A stretch of DNA of 50,556 bases from Acidimicrobiales bacterium (GTDB taxonomy: Bacteria; Actinomycetota; Acidimicrobiia; Acidimicrobiales; RAAP-2). Shown one piece after another: positions 8,546 through 19,066 of this stretch. The notes below the pieces were generated by a model that worked only from the letters and a program-made list of their open reading frames with translations, had not been told where the DNA came from and searched no databases. Both the position numbers and the translations under genes were made by a program. Where the stretch lies: the NCBI GenBank assembly GCA_036495505.1, contig DASXMT010000451.1, forward strand, positions 1 through 50,556, in the 5' to 3' direction. Numbering within the stretch: position 1 is the stretch's first letter; each line of letters begins with the position of its first letter.

Positions 8546-10229
8546 AAAGTCCGGATCGCCTGGCCCATCGCCGACTGGCGCCGTGCGGTCAGTGCTGACC
8601 GGATGGGGGCGCACACCGGCGACGGCGGCCGACGTCGTCCACGCCGTCCACCCTGACATCGTCGACGGCGTGGTCAGCGGGACCATCGGGGGTCGGCCCG
8701 AGCGCGGGCTGATCGCTCGGGGCCTGGGACGCAGCTACGGAGACGCCGCCATGAACGCTGGCGGGACGGTCATCGACGCCACGTGGCTCGATGCCGTCCA
8801 CCACGTGGATCTCGAAGCCGGCCTGATCACCGTCGGGGCCGGGGTGAGCTTGGAGACCCTTATGGAGCGCTTCGTGCCCCTGGGCTGGTTCGTTCCGGTG
8901 ACGCCGGGTACCCGCCTGGTGAGCGTGGGGGGTGCGATCGCCGCCGACATCCACGGGAAGAACCACCACCGCGACGGCAGCTTCTGCAGCCATGTGACGA
9001 GCATGACCCTGGTCACCCCGACCGGGACCTCGGACATCTCGGCGTCGTCGGATCCCGATCTGTTCTGGGCCACGGCCGGCGGGATGGGGCTCACCGGGGT
9101 GGTCACCCGGGCCACGCTGCAGATGATCCCGGTGGAATCGAGCTACATGCTGGTAGACACCGAACGAGCCTCGGACCTCGACGACGCCATGTCCCGCATG
9201 GTCTCGGGTGACGACGGCTACCGCTACTCGGTCACCTGGATCGACTGCCAGTCCACCGGCCGAAACCTCGGGCGTTCCGTGCTTACCCGTGGTGACCATG
9301 CCCGCCTCGCCGAACTACCTGACGCCCTGCAGCGCTCCCCTGACAAGGCCCGGCGCTTCGCTCCGAGGACGCTCTTCAACGTGCCGGTCACTCCCCCCAG
9401 CGGCCTGCTCAACCCGCTGACCGTCGGCGCCTTCAACGAGTTCTGGTTCCGCAAGGCGCCCAAGCACCAGGTGGGCAAGCCCCACCACATGACCGGGTTC
9501 TTCCACCCCCTCGACGGCGTGGGTTCGTGGAACCGGCTCTACGGCAAGCGAGGTTTCCTCCAGTACCAGTTCGTGGTGGCTGACCGCCATGGGGAGACCG
9601 TGCGGCGGATCATCGAGCAGCTCACCGAGCTGAAGCTGGCGTCGTTCCTGGCCGTGTTGAAGCGGTTCGGCCCCGGGGACCCCGGCCCCCTCTCCTTCCC
9701 CATGCCGGGGTGGACGCTGGCGCTCGATCTCCCGGTCGGATACGACCGGCTCGACCGCCTGCTCGATGGGTTCGACGAGCAGGTCGCCGAGGTCGGCGGC
9801 CGGGTGTACCTGGCCAAGGACTCACGGGTGGCTCCGGCCATGATCGAGCGGATGTACCCCGATCTTGATGCGTGGCGGGCGGTGCGCAACCGGGTGGACC
9901 CCGACCACCTGCTGCAGTCGGACCTCAGCCGCAGGCTCGGGCTTGCCGGGGACCCGGGCGGGACCAGGACGACCGGCCGGCCCACGGCTGCGACAACGAC
10001 CACGTCATCGAGGACCGCGAGAGCGGCGGCCAACGACACGTCGGCGGCCAAGAAGTCGCCGGCGAAGAGGGCGGTGGTGAAACGATCGGCGGCCAAGAAA
10101 TCGGCGGCCAAGAAAGCCTCGACACCGACCAGGTCGCCGGCCACCACGGCCGTACCCGACGGCGGAGGGTCACTACCAACCGAAGGCGCCCCAGGCGCCG
10201 AGCACGAAACAGGACGGACGGACTCATGA
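8538..10229 (+). CDS. dprE1: Decaprenylphosphoryl-beta-D-ribose 2'-oxidase (FAD) with a ~94-aa basic C-terminal tail
   Basis: LTGWGRT..., ARGLGRSYGD, GGAIAADIHGKNHH, FLQYQFVV and YLAKDSR are collinear with DprE1 up to ...SRRLGL. The frame then continues into AAKKSPAKRAVVKRSAAKKSAAKKAS. ATG at 8538 overlaps the upstream stop by 8 nt, and the stop overlaps the dprE2 ATG (ATGA). Confidence 0.85.
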   Translation: MPRKSGSPGPSPTGAVRSVLTGWGRTPATAADVVHAVHPDIVDGVVSGTIGGRPERGLIARGLGRSYGDAAMNAGGTVIDATWLDAVHHVDLEAGLITVGAGVSLETLMERFVPLGWFVPVTPGTRLVSVGGAIAADIHGKNHHRDGSFCSHVTSMTLVTPTGTSDISASSDPDLFWATAGGMGLTGVVTRATLQMIPVESSYMLVDTERASDLDDAMSRMVSGDDGYRYSVTWIDCQSTGRNLGRSVLTRGDHARLAELPDALQRSPDKARRFAPRTLFNVPVTPPSGLLNPLTVGAFNEFWFRKAPKHQVGKPHHMTGFFHPLDGVGSWNRLYGKRGFLQYQFVVADRHGETVRRIIEQLTELKLASFLAVLKRFGPGDPGPLSFPMPGWTLALDLPVGYDRLDRLLDGFDEQVAEVGGRVYLAKDSRVAPAMIERMYPDLDAWRAVRNRVDPDHLLQSDLSRRLGLAGDPGGTRTTGRPTAATTTTSSRTARAAANDTSAAKKSPAKRAVVKRSAAKKSAAKKASTPTRSPATTAVPDGGGSLPTEGAPGAEHETGRTDS

Positions 10230-10987
10230 TCGACGCCACTGGACGACCGCAGTCGGTGCTGGTGCTCGGAGGATCATCGGAAATTGCCCAATCCATCGTC
10301 AAGCAGCTGGTCCCCACCCGGTGCCGGACCGTGGTCCTGGCCGGCCGGAAGTCACCCCGTCTCACCGAGGCGGCAGCGGGGGCCCGGGCCGCCGGGGCCG
10401 ACACCGTGGAAGAGGTCGACTTCGACGTGACCGACGTGAGCGGCCACAGCCGCTTCGCCGCCGATGTCTTCGGGCGCTTCGGCGACTTCGACGTGGTCGT
10501 CGTGGCCGCCGGGGTACTGGGCGACCAGGACATCGACGAAGTGGATCCGGCCTCGGCCGCCGCGGTGATCACCACCAACTTCACCGGGGTGGCAGCGGCC
10601 ATGCTCGCCATCTCGGCCCAGCTTCGCTCCCAGGGCCACGGCCGCCTCGTCGTACTCTCGTCGGTGGCCGGCGAGCGTGCCCGAAGGGCCAACTTCATCT
10701 ACGGCTCGTCCAAAGCGGGCCTGGACGCCTTCTCCCAGGGTCTGGCCGACTCCCTGGTGGGGAGCGGGGTCCGAGTGCTGATCGTCCGACCCGGCTTCGT
10801 GGTTGGACGGATGACCGAGGGCATGAAGGCCCAGCCCTTCGCCACCACCCCCGACGCGGTGGCAACCGCCGCCGTTCACGGGATCGAAAGCGGCGCCTCA
10901 GCGGTCTACGCGCCCCCCGTCCTCCGGTGGGTGTTCATGACCATGCGCCACCTTCCCCGCCCCGTGTGGCGGCGCCTCCCCGGCTGA
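10226..10987 (+). CDS. dprE2: Decaprenylphosphoryl-2-keto-ribose reductase (SDR)
   Basis: MIDATGRPQSVLVLGGSSEIA (Rossmann GGxSxIA) plus YGSSKAG (the YxxxK catalytic motif), 253 aa. The ORF-track upstream extension overlaps dprE1 and was discarded. Confidence 0.85.
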   Translation: MIDATGRPQSVLVLGGSSEIAQSIVKQLVPTRCRTVVLAGRKSPRLTEAAAGARAAGADTVEEVDFDVTDVSGHSRFAADVFGRFGDFDVVVVAAGVLGDQDIDEVDPASAAAVITTNFTGVAAAMLAISAQLRSQGHGRLVVLSSVAGERARRANFIYGSSKAGLDAFSQGLADSLVGSGVRVLIVRPGFVVGRMTEGMKAQPFATTPDAVATAAVHGIESGASAVYAPPVLRWVFMTMRHLPRPVWRRLPG

Positions 10988-11044
10988 TCTACGGGCCGGA
11001 CCCCTCGAAGCCCCCGGACCGCTTTCCCCGGTCCCAGCGCTCGA

Positions 11045-12571
11045 TCAGGGGACGCGGGCGGACATGGTGACGAAGTCGCGGGCGCTGGCCGAGAAGTACC
11101 GCGACGGCGAGTTGACCTCGTCGGCGGTCAACCGCGTGCCGTTGGCACCAGAGGCGGCCTGGCCCACAGGCGGGGCGAAGCTGAAGAAATTGACCCACGA
11201 GGTGTTGATGTCCATCTCCATCGCCCGAATGGCCCCGGCGTGCTGGAGGACATTGGCCAGGTCGACGATCGACAGTCCTGACCCGCCCACATAGACGAGC
11301 GCGCCGTCGGCCGTGACCCCGACCCCTGACCGCCACACCCGGAAGGCGCCACCCAATGTCGCACCCCATCGAGAGTTGTCACTCTGGTTGAGCCCGGGAA
11401 CCGGTTGCCCGTTGTCCACGATCAAATCGAGGTTCTGGCGCACGGCCACCACATTCGGGTTCATGGTGACGTCGCGGCCCCACATCCCCACCGTCGGGGT
11501 GCCGTTCCGGTAGATGACCAGCGAAGCGGCCCCGTTGACCAGGGGTATGGCCGTGTGACCGTCGGCGTAGTAGCCGCCCTGGGCGTCCTGCATCAGGAAC
11601 CCGGAGTTGAACGCGGCCACCAGTGACGTCGTCGCCGAGGCCGGTATGGGCGAGTTGTTCACGTAAGGGCCTCCGGAGCCCGGAATCGACTCGCCCTCGT
11701 ACAGGGAGGCCTTGAGCAGGGTGGTGTCCATCCAGGCCACCCCGGTCACCTCGCTGGTGTAGGTGGAGTCAGGACGGACGAAGGCCGCGTACATAGCGGG
11801 AATGCCGCCCACGGTGCGCCCGATTGGGTGCCACTGGCCCTCACCAGCGATCGGGGGCGTGGCCAGAGGAACCATGGCCGTCGGTGGCGGGAGGTGCGGC
11901 GGCCCGACCGTGGGCGCGGGGATGGCCGACTTGGTCGGCGCCGGGATGGCCCCGGTCTCGGGCTTGCCGCCCTTCGGCGGTTGGTGGTGGGAGTACCAGA
12001 AGTTCTCCACTGCGGTCACGATGCTGCCGCCGCCGTTCAAGCGCAGCCATTCCTCGAACCGGGTGCTCACCGGTCCGTTGGCCGGGTTGGTCATGTACGA
12101 CCCGAGCGACACCCAGATGGGAGTCAACAGCAACAGGACGATCAAGAGGACGCTGAATTTGGGGTGACGGCCGACGACTGTTCGGCGGCGGCGCACCATC
12201 TCTTTGTGTCGCTGGCGGCGAATGTGACGCCGTTGCTTGGCCGTGCGGGGGCCGCCGGTACGGTGGCGGGGGCCCGTACCCCGGGGCTCAGACGGGCGCT
12301 CGGGGGGACCGCCGGGTCGACGCGGACGCGGCCCGTCATCGACCGCCAGTGTGCGCCCACTCGGCACCAGGTCACGACCACTCGGCACCATGGCCCGTCC
12401 ACTTCCGGGGCGGCGCTGCCCATTGCCATTGCCACTAGCGGTGCGATTGCCGTTGCCGTTGCCGTTGCCCGGGGCAGAGCCTCCGGCGGGCGGACCGCCT
12501 GGGGGACCTCCCGGAGGACCACCAGGTCGACGTGGTCGGGGGACGGTGGACCCGCCGTCGCGCGTCACCAT
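11045..12571 (-). CDS. Membrane-anchored phosphodiester glycosidase (NAGPA/DUF2233-like) family protein
   Basis: The N-terminal ~137 aa are Gly/Pro/Arg/Asn low complexity (GGPPGGPPGGPP, GNGNGNGN). One TM helix (FSVLLIVLLLLTPIWVSLG) follows. The extracellular domain carries AAFNSGF and RSGVGVTADGALVYVGG...AMEMDINTSW. The true start is uncertain, with internal ATGs in frame. Confidence 0.65.
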   Translation of the reverse strand: MVTRDGGSTVPRPRRPGGPPGGPPGGPPAGGSAPGNGNGNGNRTASGNGNGQRRPGSGRAMVPSGRDLVPSGRTLAVDDGPRPRRPGGPPERPSEPRGTGPRHRTGGPRTAKQRRHIRRQRHKEMVRRRRTVVGRHPKFSVLLIVLLLLTPIWVSLGSYMTNPANGPVSTRFEEWLRLNGGGSIVTAVENFWYSHHQPPKGGKPETGAIPAPTKSAIPAPTVGPPHLPPPTAMVPLATPPIAGEGQWHPIGRTVGGIPAMYAAFVRPDSTYTSEVTGVAWMDTTLLKASLYEGESIPGSGGPYVNNSPIPASATTSLVAAFNSGFLMQDAQGGYYADGHTAIPLVNGAASLVIYRNGTPTVGMWGRDVTMNPNVVAVRQNLDLIVDNGQPVPGLNQSDNSRWGATLGGAFRVWRSGVGVTADGALVYVGGSGLSIVDLANVLQHAGAIRAMEMDINTSWVNFFSFAPPVGQAASGANGTRLTADEVNSPSRYFSASARDFVTMSARVP

Positions 12572-12847
12572 CGCGGCACGCGGCGACGGACGTCGCCTGG
12601 TGTCATCCTGATCGAACGGGTTGGCGGGGCCAAAAGATCCTCCACTGGCTCGGCCCGAGCTCGATCGGATTCAGGTGTGACACCCACCGAACCTTCTGCC
12701 ACTGGTTCGTCCACCGAGCAAGTCATAGCAACATTTCGGGACCATTGTCGCATGTCCGGGGCGCCCTCCGGAGGTACCCCCACCCACCGTCACCTCAGTC
12801 GCCTCACAGAACGGCCCTCGAGGGTCCGAAATGCTCGACCCCGCGGG

Positions 12848-15325
12848 TCAGGCGCGTTTCACCGGAGCCATCCGGAGCAGGAGCTGCTTCCGACCCACTC
12901 CGGCGAATTGCACCGTGGCCTCGGCATTCTCGCCGGACCCGCTGGTGGCCAGCACCGTGCCCTCTCCCCAGCGGCCGTGCACCACCACGTCACCAGGCTC
13001 CAGCCCGAGTCCTTCTGCGCCGGTGGAGACGGGGTCGGGTCGCTTGACCCCACTCCCGTAGCGATCCCCGGGGGAAGCGACGCCCGTCCCGAACCGGCTG
13101 AGCCCCGGTGTGCCGGCGGGCCGATCGTTCTCCCAGGCGTCCCTTCCCGGCGCCGACCGGCCGCCGCCGTAGCCACCGGCCGAGACGCCGACCTCTCGCA
13201 CCAGCTCGGAGGGCATCTCGGTGAGAAACCGGCTGGGCACGTTGCTCCCCGTCTTGCCCCACAGCATCCGGCTCCAGGCATGCGAGACGAACAGGTACTT
13301 CTCGGCCCGGGTGATCCCGACGTAGCAAAGCCTCCGCTCCTCTTCGAGCTCGACCGGATCGCCGAGGGCCCGGAAATGGGGAAAGATGCCGTCTTCCATC
13401 CCGACCAGGAACACGGCGGGGAACTCCAGACCCTTGGCGATATGCAGGGTCATGAGGGACACCCGGCTGGGATCGCCGTCCACCTCGTCGGCATCGGCCA
13501 CCAGCGCCGCCGATTCCAAGAACTCCGACAGCGACTGGTATTCCGCAGCCACGCCGGCCAGCTCGTCGATGTTCTCCACCCGACCCAGCGCCTCGATGCT
13601 GCCCTCGGCCAAGAGCTCGCTGCGATAGCCGGTCCGTTCAGCCACCGCCGAGGTCAGCTCGCCGGGGCCCAGGGGTCCGTCAGCATCGTGATTTGGGTCG
13701 GCACCGGTGGGCTCGACCGATCCCAGCCCGTCCGGATCACCGGCGGCGGTCTGATAGGCCCACTCGCCCTCCTCGGGGAAGGCATCGAGCGCCTCGTTCG
13801 CACCGGGCACGGGCATGGCCATCCGGTCCCGCAGCTCATCGAGCAGCGCGGCCAGGTCGGCGAGGGCCTTGGCCGCCTTGCCGGTGATCCCCGCCTCGTC
13901 GGCCCGGGCCACGGCCTCCCCGAACGACAGCCCGTTGAGCTGCGCCCATCCGGCCAGGCGGGCCACCGACGTCTCGCCCACCCCCCGCTTGGGCACGTTG
14001 ACGATGCGCCGCCAGCTCACTTCGTCGTCGGGATTGACCAGGACCCGCAGGTAGGCCAGGACGTCTTTCACCTCGCGGCGGTCATAGAACCGGGTACCGC
14101 CCACCACCTTGTAGGGCACCTCGTGGCGGACCATCCCCTCTTCGAGGGCACGACTCTGCGCATTCGTCCGGTAGAAGACGGCCACGTCGCCCCACCGGAC
14201 TCCCTGTTCCCGATGCAGGCGATCGATCTCGCTGGCCACCCACGCCGCCTCGTCGTGCTCGTCCTCGGCCCGGTACCGGGTGATCCGGTCCCCCTCACCC
14301 ACATCGGTCCACAACGTCTTCGGCTTCCGGGACACGTTGTTGGCGATCACCGCATTGGCGGCATCCAGGATGGACTGGGTCGATCGGAAATTCTGCTCGA
14401 GGGTTACCGTGGTGGCGTCGGGGAACGCCTTTTCGAACTCCAAGATGTTGGTGATGTCCGCACCCCGGAACCGGTAGACGGACTGATCACTGTCTCCCAC
14501 CACCACGATGTTGCGGTGCTCACCGGCCAGCAGGACGGCCAGGGCGTTCTGGACGGCGTTGGTGTCCTGGAACTCGTCGATGAGGATGTGGGTGAAGCGC
14601 TCCCGGTAGAGCTCCAGGACGTCGGGGTGCTCCCGGAACAGCCGGACGGCGTTGAGCAGCAGGTCGTCGAAGTCCATGGCGTTGGCCGCCACCATCCGCC
14701 GTTGGTACTCGTCGTAGACGTCGGCGATCCGACGGTCGAAGATGGTCACCGCCGCAGCCCGGTACTCGGCCGGCCCCTGCTGGTTCGACTTGGCTTGGCT
14801 GATCTGGCCCAGGATTGCGCGGGGGGACAGTTTCTTCGTGTCGATGTCCAGCTCGCGGCAGATGATCTCGACCAGCCGCCGCGAATCGGCGTCGTCGTAG
14901 ATGGTGAAGGATCCCTTGTAGCCCAAACGGTCGCCGTGGGCCCGCAGGATGCGGACACAGGCCGAGTGGAAGGTGGACACCCACATGCGGCGACCACGGG
15001 GGCCGACCAGGGAGGCCACCCGCTGGCGCATCTCGTCGGCTGCCTTGTTGGTGAAGGTGATGGCCAGGATCTGCCATGGCGCCGCGTCGCCCATGGCGAT
15101 GAGGTGGGCGATCCTCCGGGTGAGGACCCGGGTCTTCCCCGATCCGGCACCGGCCACGATCAGGAGTGGGGACCCGCGGTGGGTGACCGCGTCCCGCTGG
15201 GGACCGGTCAGCCCCTCGAGCAGTTCGTGGGCGGCGACCTGGCGCACGCCACCCCCGCTGACATCGCCGCCGCCCTCGCCGCCGGCCGCCGACCGCGTGC
15301 TGCCATCCACGGCCGTCACTCCCAT
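12848..15325 (-). CDS. pcrA: ATP-dependent DNA helicase, UvrD/PcrA family
   Basis: Contains [12 protein letters not shown] (Walker A), [29 protein letters not shown] and [10 protein letters not shown], plus a C-terminal Tudor-like [11 protein letters not shown]. The chosen ATG at 15325 overlaps the guaA 3' end by 10 nt. The longer ORF-track N-terminus lies inside guaA. Confidence 0.9.
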   Translation of the reverse strand: MGVTAVDGSTRSAAGGEGGGDVSGGGVRQVAAHELLEGLTGPQRDAVTHRGSPLLIVAGAGSGKTRVLTRRIAHLIAMGDAAPWQILAITFTNKAADEMRQRVASLVGPRGRRMWVSTFHSACVRILRAHGDRLGYKGSFTIYDDADSRRLVEIICRELDIDTKKLSPRAILGQISQAKSNQQGPAEYRAAAVTIFDRRIADVYDEYQRRMVAANAMDFDDLLLNAVRLFREHPDVLELYRERFTHILIDEFQDTNAVQNALAVLLAGEHRNIVVVGDSDQSVYRFRGADITNILEFEKAFPDATTVTLEQNFRSTQSILDAANAVIANNVSRKPKTLWTDVGEGDRITRYRAEDEHDEAAWVASEIDRLHREQGVRWGDVAVFYRTNAQSRALEEGMVRHEVPYKVVGGTRFYDRREVKDVLAYLRVLVNPDDEVSWRRIVNVPKRGVGETSVARLAGWAQLNGLSFGEAVARADEAGITGKAAKALADLAALLDELRDRMAMPVPGANEALDAFPEEGEWAYQTAAGDPDGLGSVEPTGADPNHDADGPLGPGELTSAVAERTGYRSELLAEGSIEALGRVENIDELAGVAAEYQSLSEFLESAALVADADEVDGDPSRVSLMTLHIAKGLEFPAVFLVGMEDGIFPHFRALGDPVELEEERRLCYVGITRAEKYLFVSHAWSRMLWGKTGSNVPSRFLTEMPSELVREVGVSAGGYGGGRSAPGRDAWENDRPAGTPGLSRFGTGVASPGDRYGSGVKRPDPVSTGAEGLGLEPGDVVVHGRWGEGTVLATSGSGENAEATVQFAGVGRKQLLLRMAPVKRA

Positions 15326-16929
15326 TCGATGGTGCCGGGAGGCTTGGACGTGATGTCCAATGCCACCCGGTTGACGCCCTCGACCTCGTTGATGATCCTC
15401 GAGGACAGGCGCTCGAGCAGGTCGTAGGGCAACCGGGCCCAGTCGGCCGTCATGGCGTCGTCGCTGGTGACGGCGCGAATCACGATGGGGTAGGCGTAGG
15501 TGCGACCGTCGCCCATCACTCCCACCGTGCGGACGGCGGGAAGGACGGCGAAGCTCTGCCACAGCTCGCGATAGAGACCGGCCCGCCGGATCTCCTCGGT
15601 CACGATGGCGTCGGCGGCCCGCAGGATGTCGGCCCGCTCCGGGGTGACGTCGCCCACGATGCGCACGGCCAGGCCTGGGCCGGGGAAGGGCTGGCGCCAC
15701 ACGATGTCGTGCGGGAGCCCGAGCTCCTCGCCCACCGCCCGGACCTCATCTTTGAACAACAGCCGCAGGGGCTCCACCAGGTCGAAGGCCAGGTCGTCGG
15801 GGAGCCCGCCCACATTGTGGTGCGACTTGATCTTGGCCGCATCGGCCGAGCCCGACTCGATGACGTCGGGGTACAGCGTGCCCTGGACCAGGAAGCCCAC
15901 CGCGTCTCCGCCGGTGCCATCTGATCCGGAGCCTTCGTCCCCGCTGACGAGGTCTCGAGCGACCTCTTCGAAGACGCGGATGAACAGTTCGCCGATGGTC
16001 TTGCGCTTGACCTCGGGATCGGTGACCCCGGCCAGCGCCGAGAAGAACCGATCGGCCGCCTTCACGTGGACCAGGTCGATGTGGAACTGCCGCCGGAACG
16101 TCTCTTCGACCTGTTCGCTCTCGCCCGACCGCATGAGGCCAGTGTCGACGAACACGCAGGTCAACTGGCCTCCGACGGCCTTGTGCACCAGGGCGGCGGC
16201 CACGGCCGAATCGACGCCGCCCGACAGCGCGCACAACACCCGGGCGTCACCCACCTGAGCCCGTACCGCGGCCACCTGGGCCTCGATGATCGACGTGTGG
16301 GTCCACGAGGGCGGGCAGCCGCAGACGTCGTAGAGGAAGCGCTCCAGGAGATCCCGGCCCCGTTCGGTGTGGACCACCTCGGGATGGAATTGCACGCCGT
16401 ATATGCGGCGGTCCAGGTCGTGGAGCGCGGCCACCGGGGCATCGGCACTGTGGGCCGTGGGGACGAACCCGTCCGGGACCACGGCAATCCCGTCGGCATG
16501 GCTCATCCACACCTCGGCCTCACCCGGCCAATCGCCGAACAGCGGGGAGCGCTCGGTGAGGGTCATCGTGGTGCGCCCGTACTCGCCCCGACCGGTGCGA
16601 GCCACCTCGCCCCCCAGCTGCTGGGTCAAGAGCTGGGCGCCGTAGCAGATGCCCAGGATGGGCACGCCCGACTCGTAGATGGCCGGGTCGATGGTCGGCG
16701 CCGGGGCCTCGTTGACCGATTTCGGGCCACCGGAGAGGATGATCCCCTGCGGTCGGTGAGCCAGCAGCTCCTCGGCCGTGGCCGTATGGGGCACGATCTC
16801 GGAGTAGACGTGGGCCTCACGGACCCGGCGAGCGATCAGCTGCGCGTACTGGGCCCCGAAGTCGACGACCAGGACCGGCCCGTCCACCAGGCCGCCATCG
16901 AGGCCCGGACCGGTACCGGTCGTGGTCAA
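15316..16929 (-). CDS. guaA: GMP synthase (glutamine-hydrolysing)
   Basis: 537 aa with [34 protein letters not shown] and a C-terminal ...PPGTIEWE. The TTG start at 16929 overlaps the guaB3 stop (TTGA). Confidence 0.95.
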   Translation of the reverse strand: MTTTGTGPGLDGGLVDGPVLVVDFGAQYAQLIARRVREAHVYSEIVPHTATAEELLAHRPQGIILSGGPKSVNEAPAPTIDPAIYESGVPILGICYGAQLLTQQLGGEVARTGRGEYGRTTMTLTERSPLFGDWPGEAEVWMSHADGIAVVPDGFVPTAHSADAPVAALHDLDRRIYGVQFHPEVVHTERGRDLLERFLYDVCGCPPSWTHTSIIEAQVAAVRAQVGDARVLCALSGGVDSAVAAALVHKAVGGQLTCVFVDTGLMRSGESEQVEETFRRQFHIDLVHVKAADRFFSALAGVTDPEVKRKTIGELFIRVFEEVARDLVSGDEGSGSDGTGGDAVGFLVQGTLYPDVIESGSADAAKIKSHHNVGGLPDDLAFDLVEPLRLLFKDEVRAVGEELGLPHDIVWRQPFPGPGLAVRIVGDVTPERADILRAADAIVTEEIRRAGLYRELWQSFAVLPAVRTVGVMGDGRTYAYPIVIRAVTSDDAMTADWARLPYDLLERLSSRIINEVEGVNRVALDITSKPPGTIEWE

Positions 16930-18089
16930 TGGCCCATGCCGACGCCCTGCGAGCGTTGCAGGTCCTTGCCCTCGGTCTGGAGGGACGGGGCCACCATCAC
17001 CTCAGCCTTTTGGAACTCCTTGACCGACTGGTAGCCGCAGGTGGCCATGGCCGTGCGCAACGCTCCGAACAGGTTCATCCGACCGTCGTTCTCGTGGGCC
17101 GGGCCGAGCAGGATCTCCTGGAGTGTCCCGCGCGTGGTGGTCTTCACCCGAGCGCCCCGGGGGAGGGTGGGGTGGAACGTGGCCATGCCCCAGTGGAAGC
17201 CCCGGGCCGGGGCCTCGACCGCCGATGACAGCGGGGAGCCGAGCATGACGGCATCGGCCCCGCAGGCGATGGCCTTGGCGATGTCGCCGCCCTTGGACAT
17301 GCCTCCGTCGGCGATCACGTGGCAGTAGACACCGGTCTCGTCGAGGTGCCGCATCCGGGCCCCGGCGACATCGGCAATGGCTGTGGCCTGGGGGACACCG
17401 ATGCCGAGGACGCCGCGGGTGGTGCAGGCATTCCCGGGTCCCACCCCGACCAGGACCCCTACTGCTCCGGTGCGCATCAAATGGAGGCCGGCCTGGTACG
17501 AGGCACAGCCACCCACGATGATGGGGATCTCGAACTCGCGGATGAACCGCTTGAGGTTGAGCGGCTCGGCCGTCTTGGACACATGCTCGGCCGAGACCAC
17601 CGTGCCCTGGATGACCAGCAGGTCCAACTCGGCGGCCAGGAGGGCCGAGGCGAACGTCTGCGTCTTCTGCGGCGTGACCGAGGCGGCGGTGGTGATCCCG
17701 GCGGCCTTCATCTCCCTGATGCGCTGGGTGACCAGGTCCATCTGCACCGGCTCGGCGTACATCTGCTGCATCCGGGCCGTGGCCTTCTCGGTGGAGAGCT
17801 CCCGGATCTCGTCGAAGAGGTTGGTTGGGTCCTCGTACCGGGTCCACAGGCCCTCGAGGTTCAGCACCCCGAGGCCGCCCAGCCGTCCGACCTCGATGGC
17901 CGTGCTCGGGCTGACCACGCCGTCCATGGCCGAGGCCATGAGGGGCAGCTCGAACTGGTAGGCGTCTATCTCCCAGCTGATGTCCACGTCCTCGGGATCT
18001 CGGGTCCGGCGACTGGGGACGATGGCGATGTCGTCGAACCCGTATGCCCTCCGCCCCGATTTGAAGATGCCGATCTCTAGTTCAGCCAC
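16926..18089 (-). CDS. guaB3: IMP dehydrogenase-family protein lacking the CBS subdomain (GuaB3-type)
   Basis: 387 aa with [20 protein letters not shown] and [11 protein letters not shown] (catalytic Cys loop), and no CBS pair. GTG at 18089 is preceded by GGAGGA. Confidence 0.85.
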   Translation of the reverse strand: MAELEIGIFKSGRRAYGFDDIAIVPSRRTRDPEDVDISWEIDAYQFELPLMASAMDGVVSPSTAIEVGRLGGLGVLNLEGLWTRYEDPTNLFDEIRELSTEKATARMQQMYAEPVQMDLVTQRIREMKAAGITTAASVTPQKTQTFASALLAAELDLLVIQGTVVSAEHVSKTAEPLNLKRFIREFEIPIIVGGCASYQAGLHLMRTGAVGVLVGVGPGNACTTRGVLGIGVPQATAIADVAGARMRHLDETGVYCHVIADGGMSKGGDIAKAIACGADAVMLGSPLSSAVEAPARGFHWGMATFHPTLPRGARVKTTTRGTLQEILLGPAHENDGRMNLFGALRTAMATCGYQSVKEFQKAEVMVAPSLQTEGKDLQRSQGVGMGH

Positions 18090-18255
18090 GGTGTCGTCCT
18101 CCGGCCCTTGTCGCGCTCATCCGAAAACCGTGCAGCACGCCCCGACATCACCGCGCCCATCGGCATGGGTACACGATACCGCCTGAAGCGCCTGGCCCCT
18201 GCGCTCCGGTGCCGAGCCCGAACCGGTCCGCGCCACCCGCGGAGCCCGACAGGTC

Positions 18256-18283
18256 GGAAAGGCGAAAGCCCCGAGCGACGGGG
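18256..18283 (-). terminator. Candidate intrinsic terminator after the Nudix gene
   Basis: On the minus-strand RNA, CCCCG-UCGCU-CGGGG (18283-18269) is followed by CUUUCGCCUUUCC. Confidence 0.35.
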
Positions 18284-18290
18284 TCGATGA

Positions 18291-18857
18291 TCAGTCCCCG
18301 AGTGGCTCGCCCGTCCCGAGGACCAGGCTCAGCAGGTCCATCAACATCCGGGCCGTGGCGCCCCAGATCATCTCGCCGGCCGCCTCGAAGAACCAGATCG
18401 GGAACTCGCGCTCCCGCCCGCCGTCGAGCTGAGGGGACCCCGGCACCGGCCACCACTCCTCATGGAACACACCATCGACCAGGAGATCGGCCAAGGCCAG
18501 GTCGAAGATCCTGGCCACCTCAGCGGGGTTGGCCGTCAAAGACGGACGACCGTCCAGCGTGCCCACCACCGGGGTGACGATCGTGTTGGACGACGAAGTG
18601 GCGAGGTCATGGAGGGTGCCGACGACCGAAACGGCATCGGGGTCGAGCCCGACCTCTTCCCACGCCTCTCGGAGGGCACCGGCAACGGCGTCCTCGCCGG
18701 CATCGAGCCGGCCGCCGGGGAAGGCCACTTCATCGCGGTGGGAGCTCAGGTCGCTCGTCCGCACGGTGAGGATGACCCGGGTCTCGCCCTCGCTCTCGTA
18801 GAGGGGCACCAGCACGGCAGCGGCGGGGCCCGGGGGCAACTCGGCCAGGGTAGCCAT
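18291..18857 (-). CDS. Nudix hydrolase, CoA pyrophosphatase type
   Basis: Nudix box GGRLDAGEDAVAGALREAWEEVGL, preceded by ILTVRTSDLSSHRDEVAFPGG (the CoA-pyrophosphatase signature). ATG is at 18857, with an alternative GTG at 18920. The rest of the 402-aa ORF-track ORF is low complexity. Confidence 0.75.
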   Translation of the reverse strand: MATLAELPPGPAAAVLVPLYESEGETRVILTVRTSDLSSHRDEVAFPGGRLDAGEDAVAGALREAWEEVGLDPDAVSVVGTLHDLATSSSNTIVTPVVGTLDGRPSLTANPAEVARIFDLALADLLVDGVFHEEWWPVPGSPQLDGGREREFPIWFFEAAGEMIWGATARMLMDLLSLVLGTGEPLGD

Positions 18858-19025
18858 CTGGCGGCGCGGATCGGGGTACCCGGCGACCCAGCTCCGCCCA
18901 TCGACAACCGCAGCACGCACCCGTTCCAGGCTGATCGCCCGGCGAGCGGATTTCTCCAGCTCCGCCCAACGCGCCGGCCGCCCGGCGCGACTTCGAGCGG
19001 GGCGGGGAATGACCTGCCTGGGTAT

Positions 19026-19066
19026 GCCTGGGTCAACAGTGGGGGGTGGCATTGGTGGACCCAGGC
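19026..19066. repeat. 9-bp inverted repeat GCCTGGGTC/GACCCAGGC in the divergent Nudix-ybjQ spacer
   Basis: Arms lie at 19026-19034 and 19058-19066. An extra direct copy GCCTGGGT is at 19016-19023. Confidence 0.6.

Noticed and set aside
12572-12847. 276-nt spacer between pcrA and the glycosidase-like gene as a possible sRNA or terminator locus
   Set aside because: It contains only weak elements: a CCCTCGAGGG palindrome, a GGCGAC-GGAC-GTCGCC hairpin at 12582-12597, and a spurious-looking 72-aa ORF. I could not support a promoter, terminator or structured RNA by eye. An Rfam scan would be needed.
11828-15427. 1199-aa plus-strand ORF, the longest in the window
   Set aside because: It runs antisense to the well-supported pcrA helicase and the glycosidase-like gene. 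Its translation is Arg/Gly/Pro/Ala low complexity with no motif. Long stop-free antisense frames are expected at this GC content.
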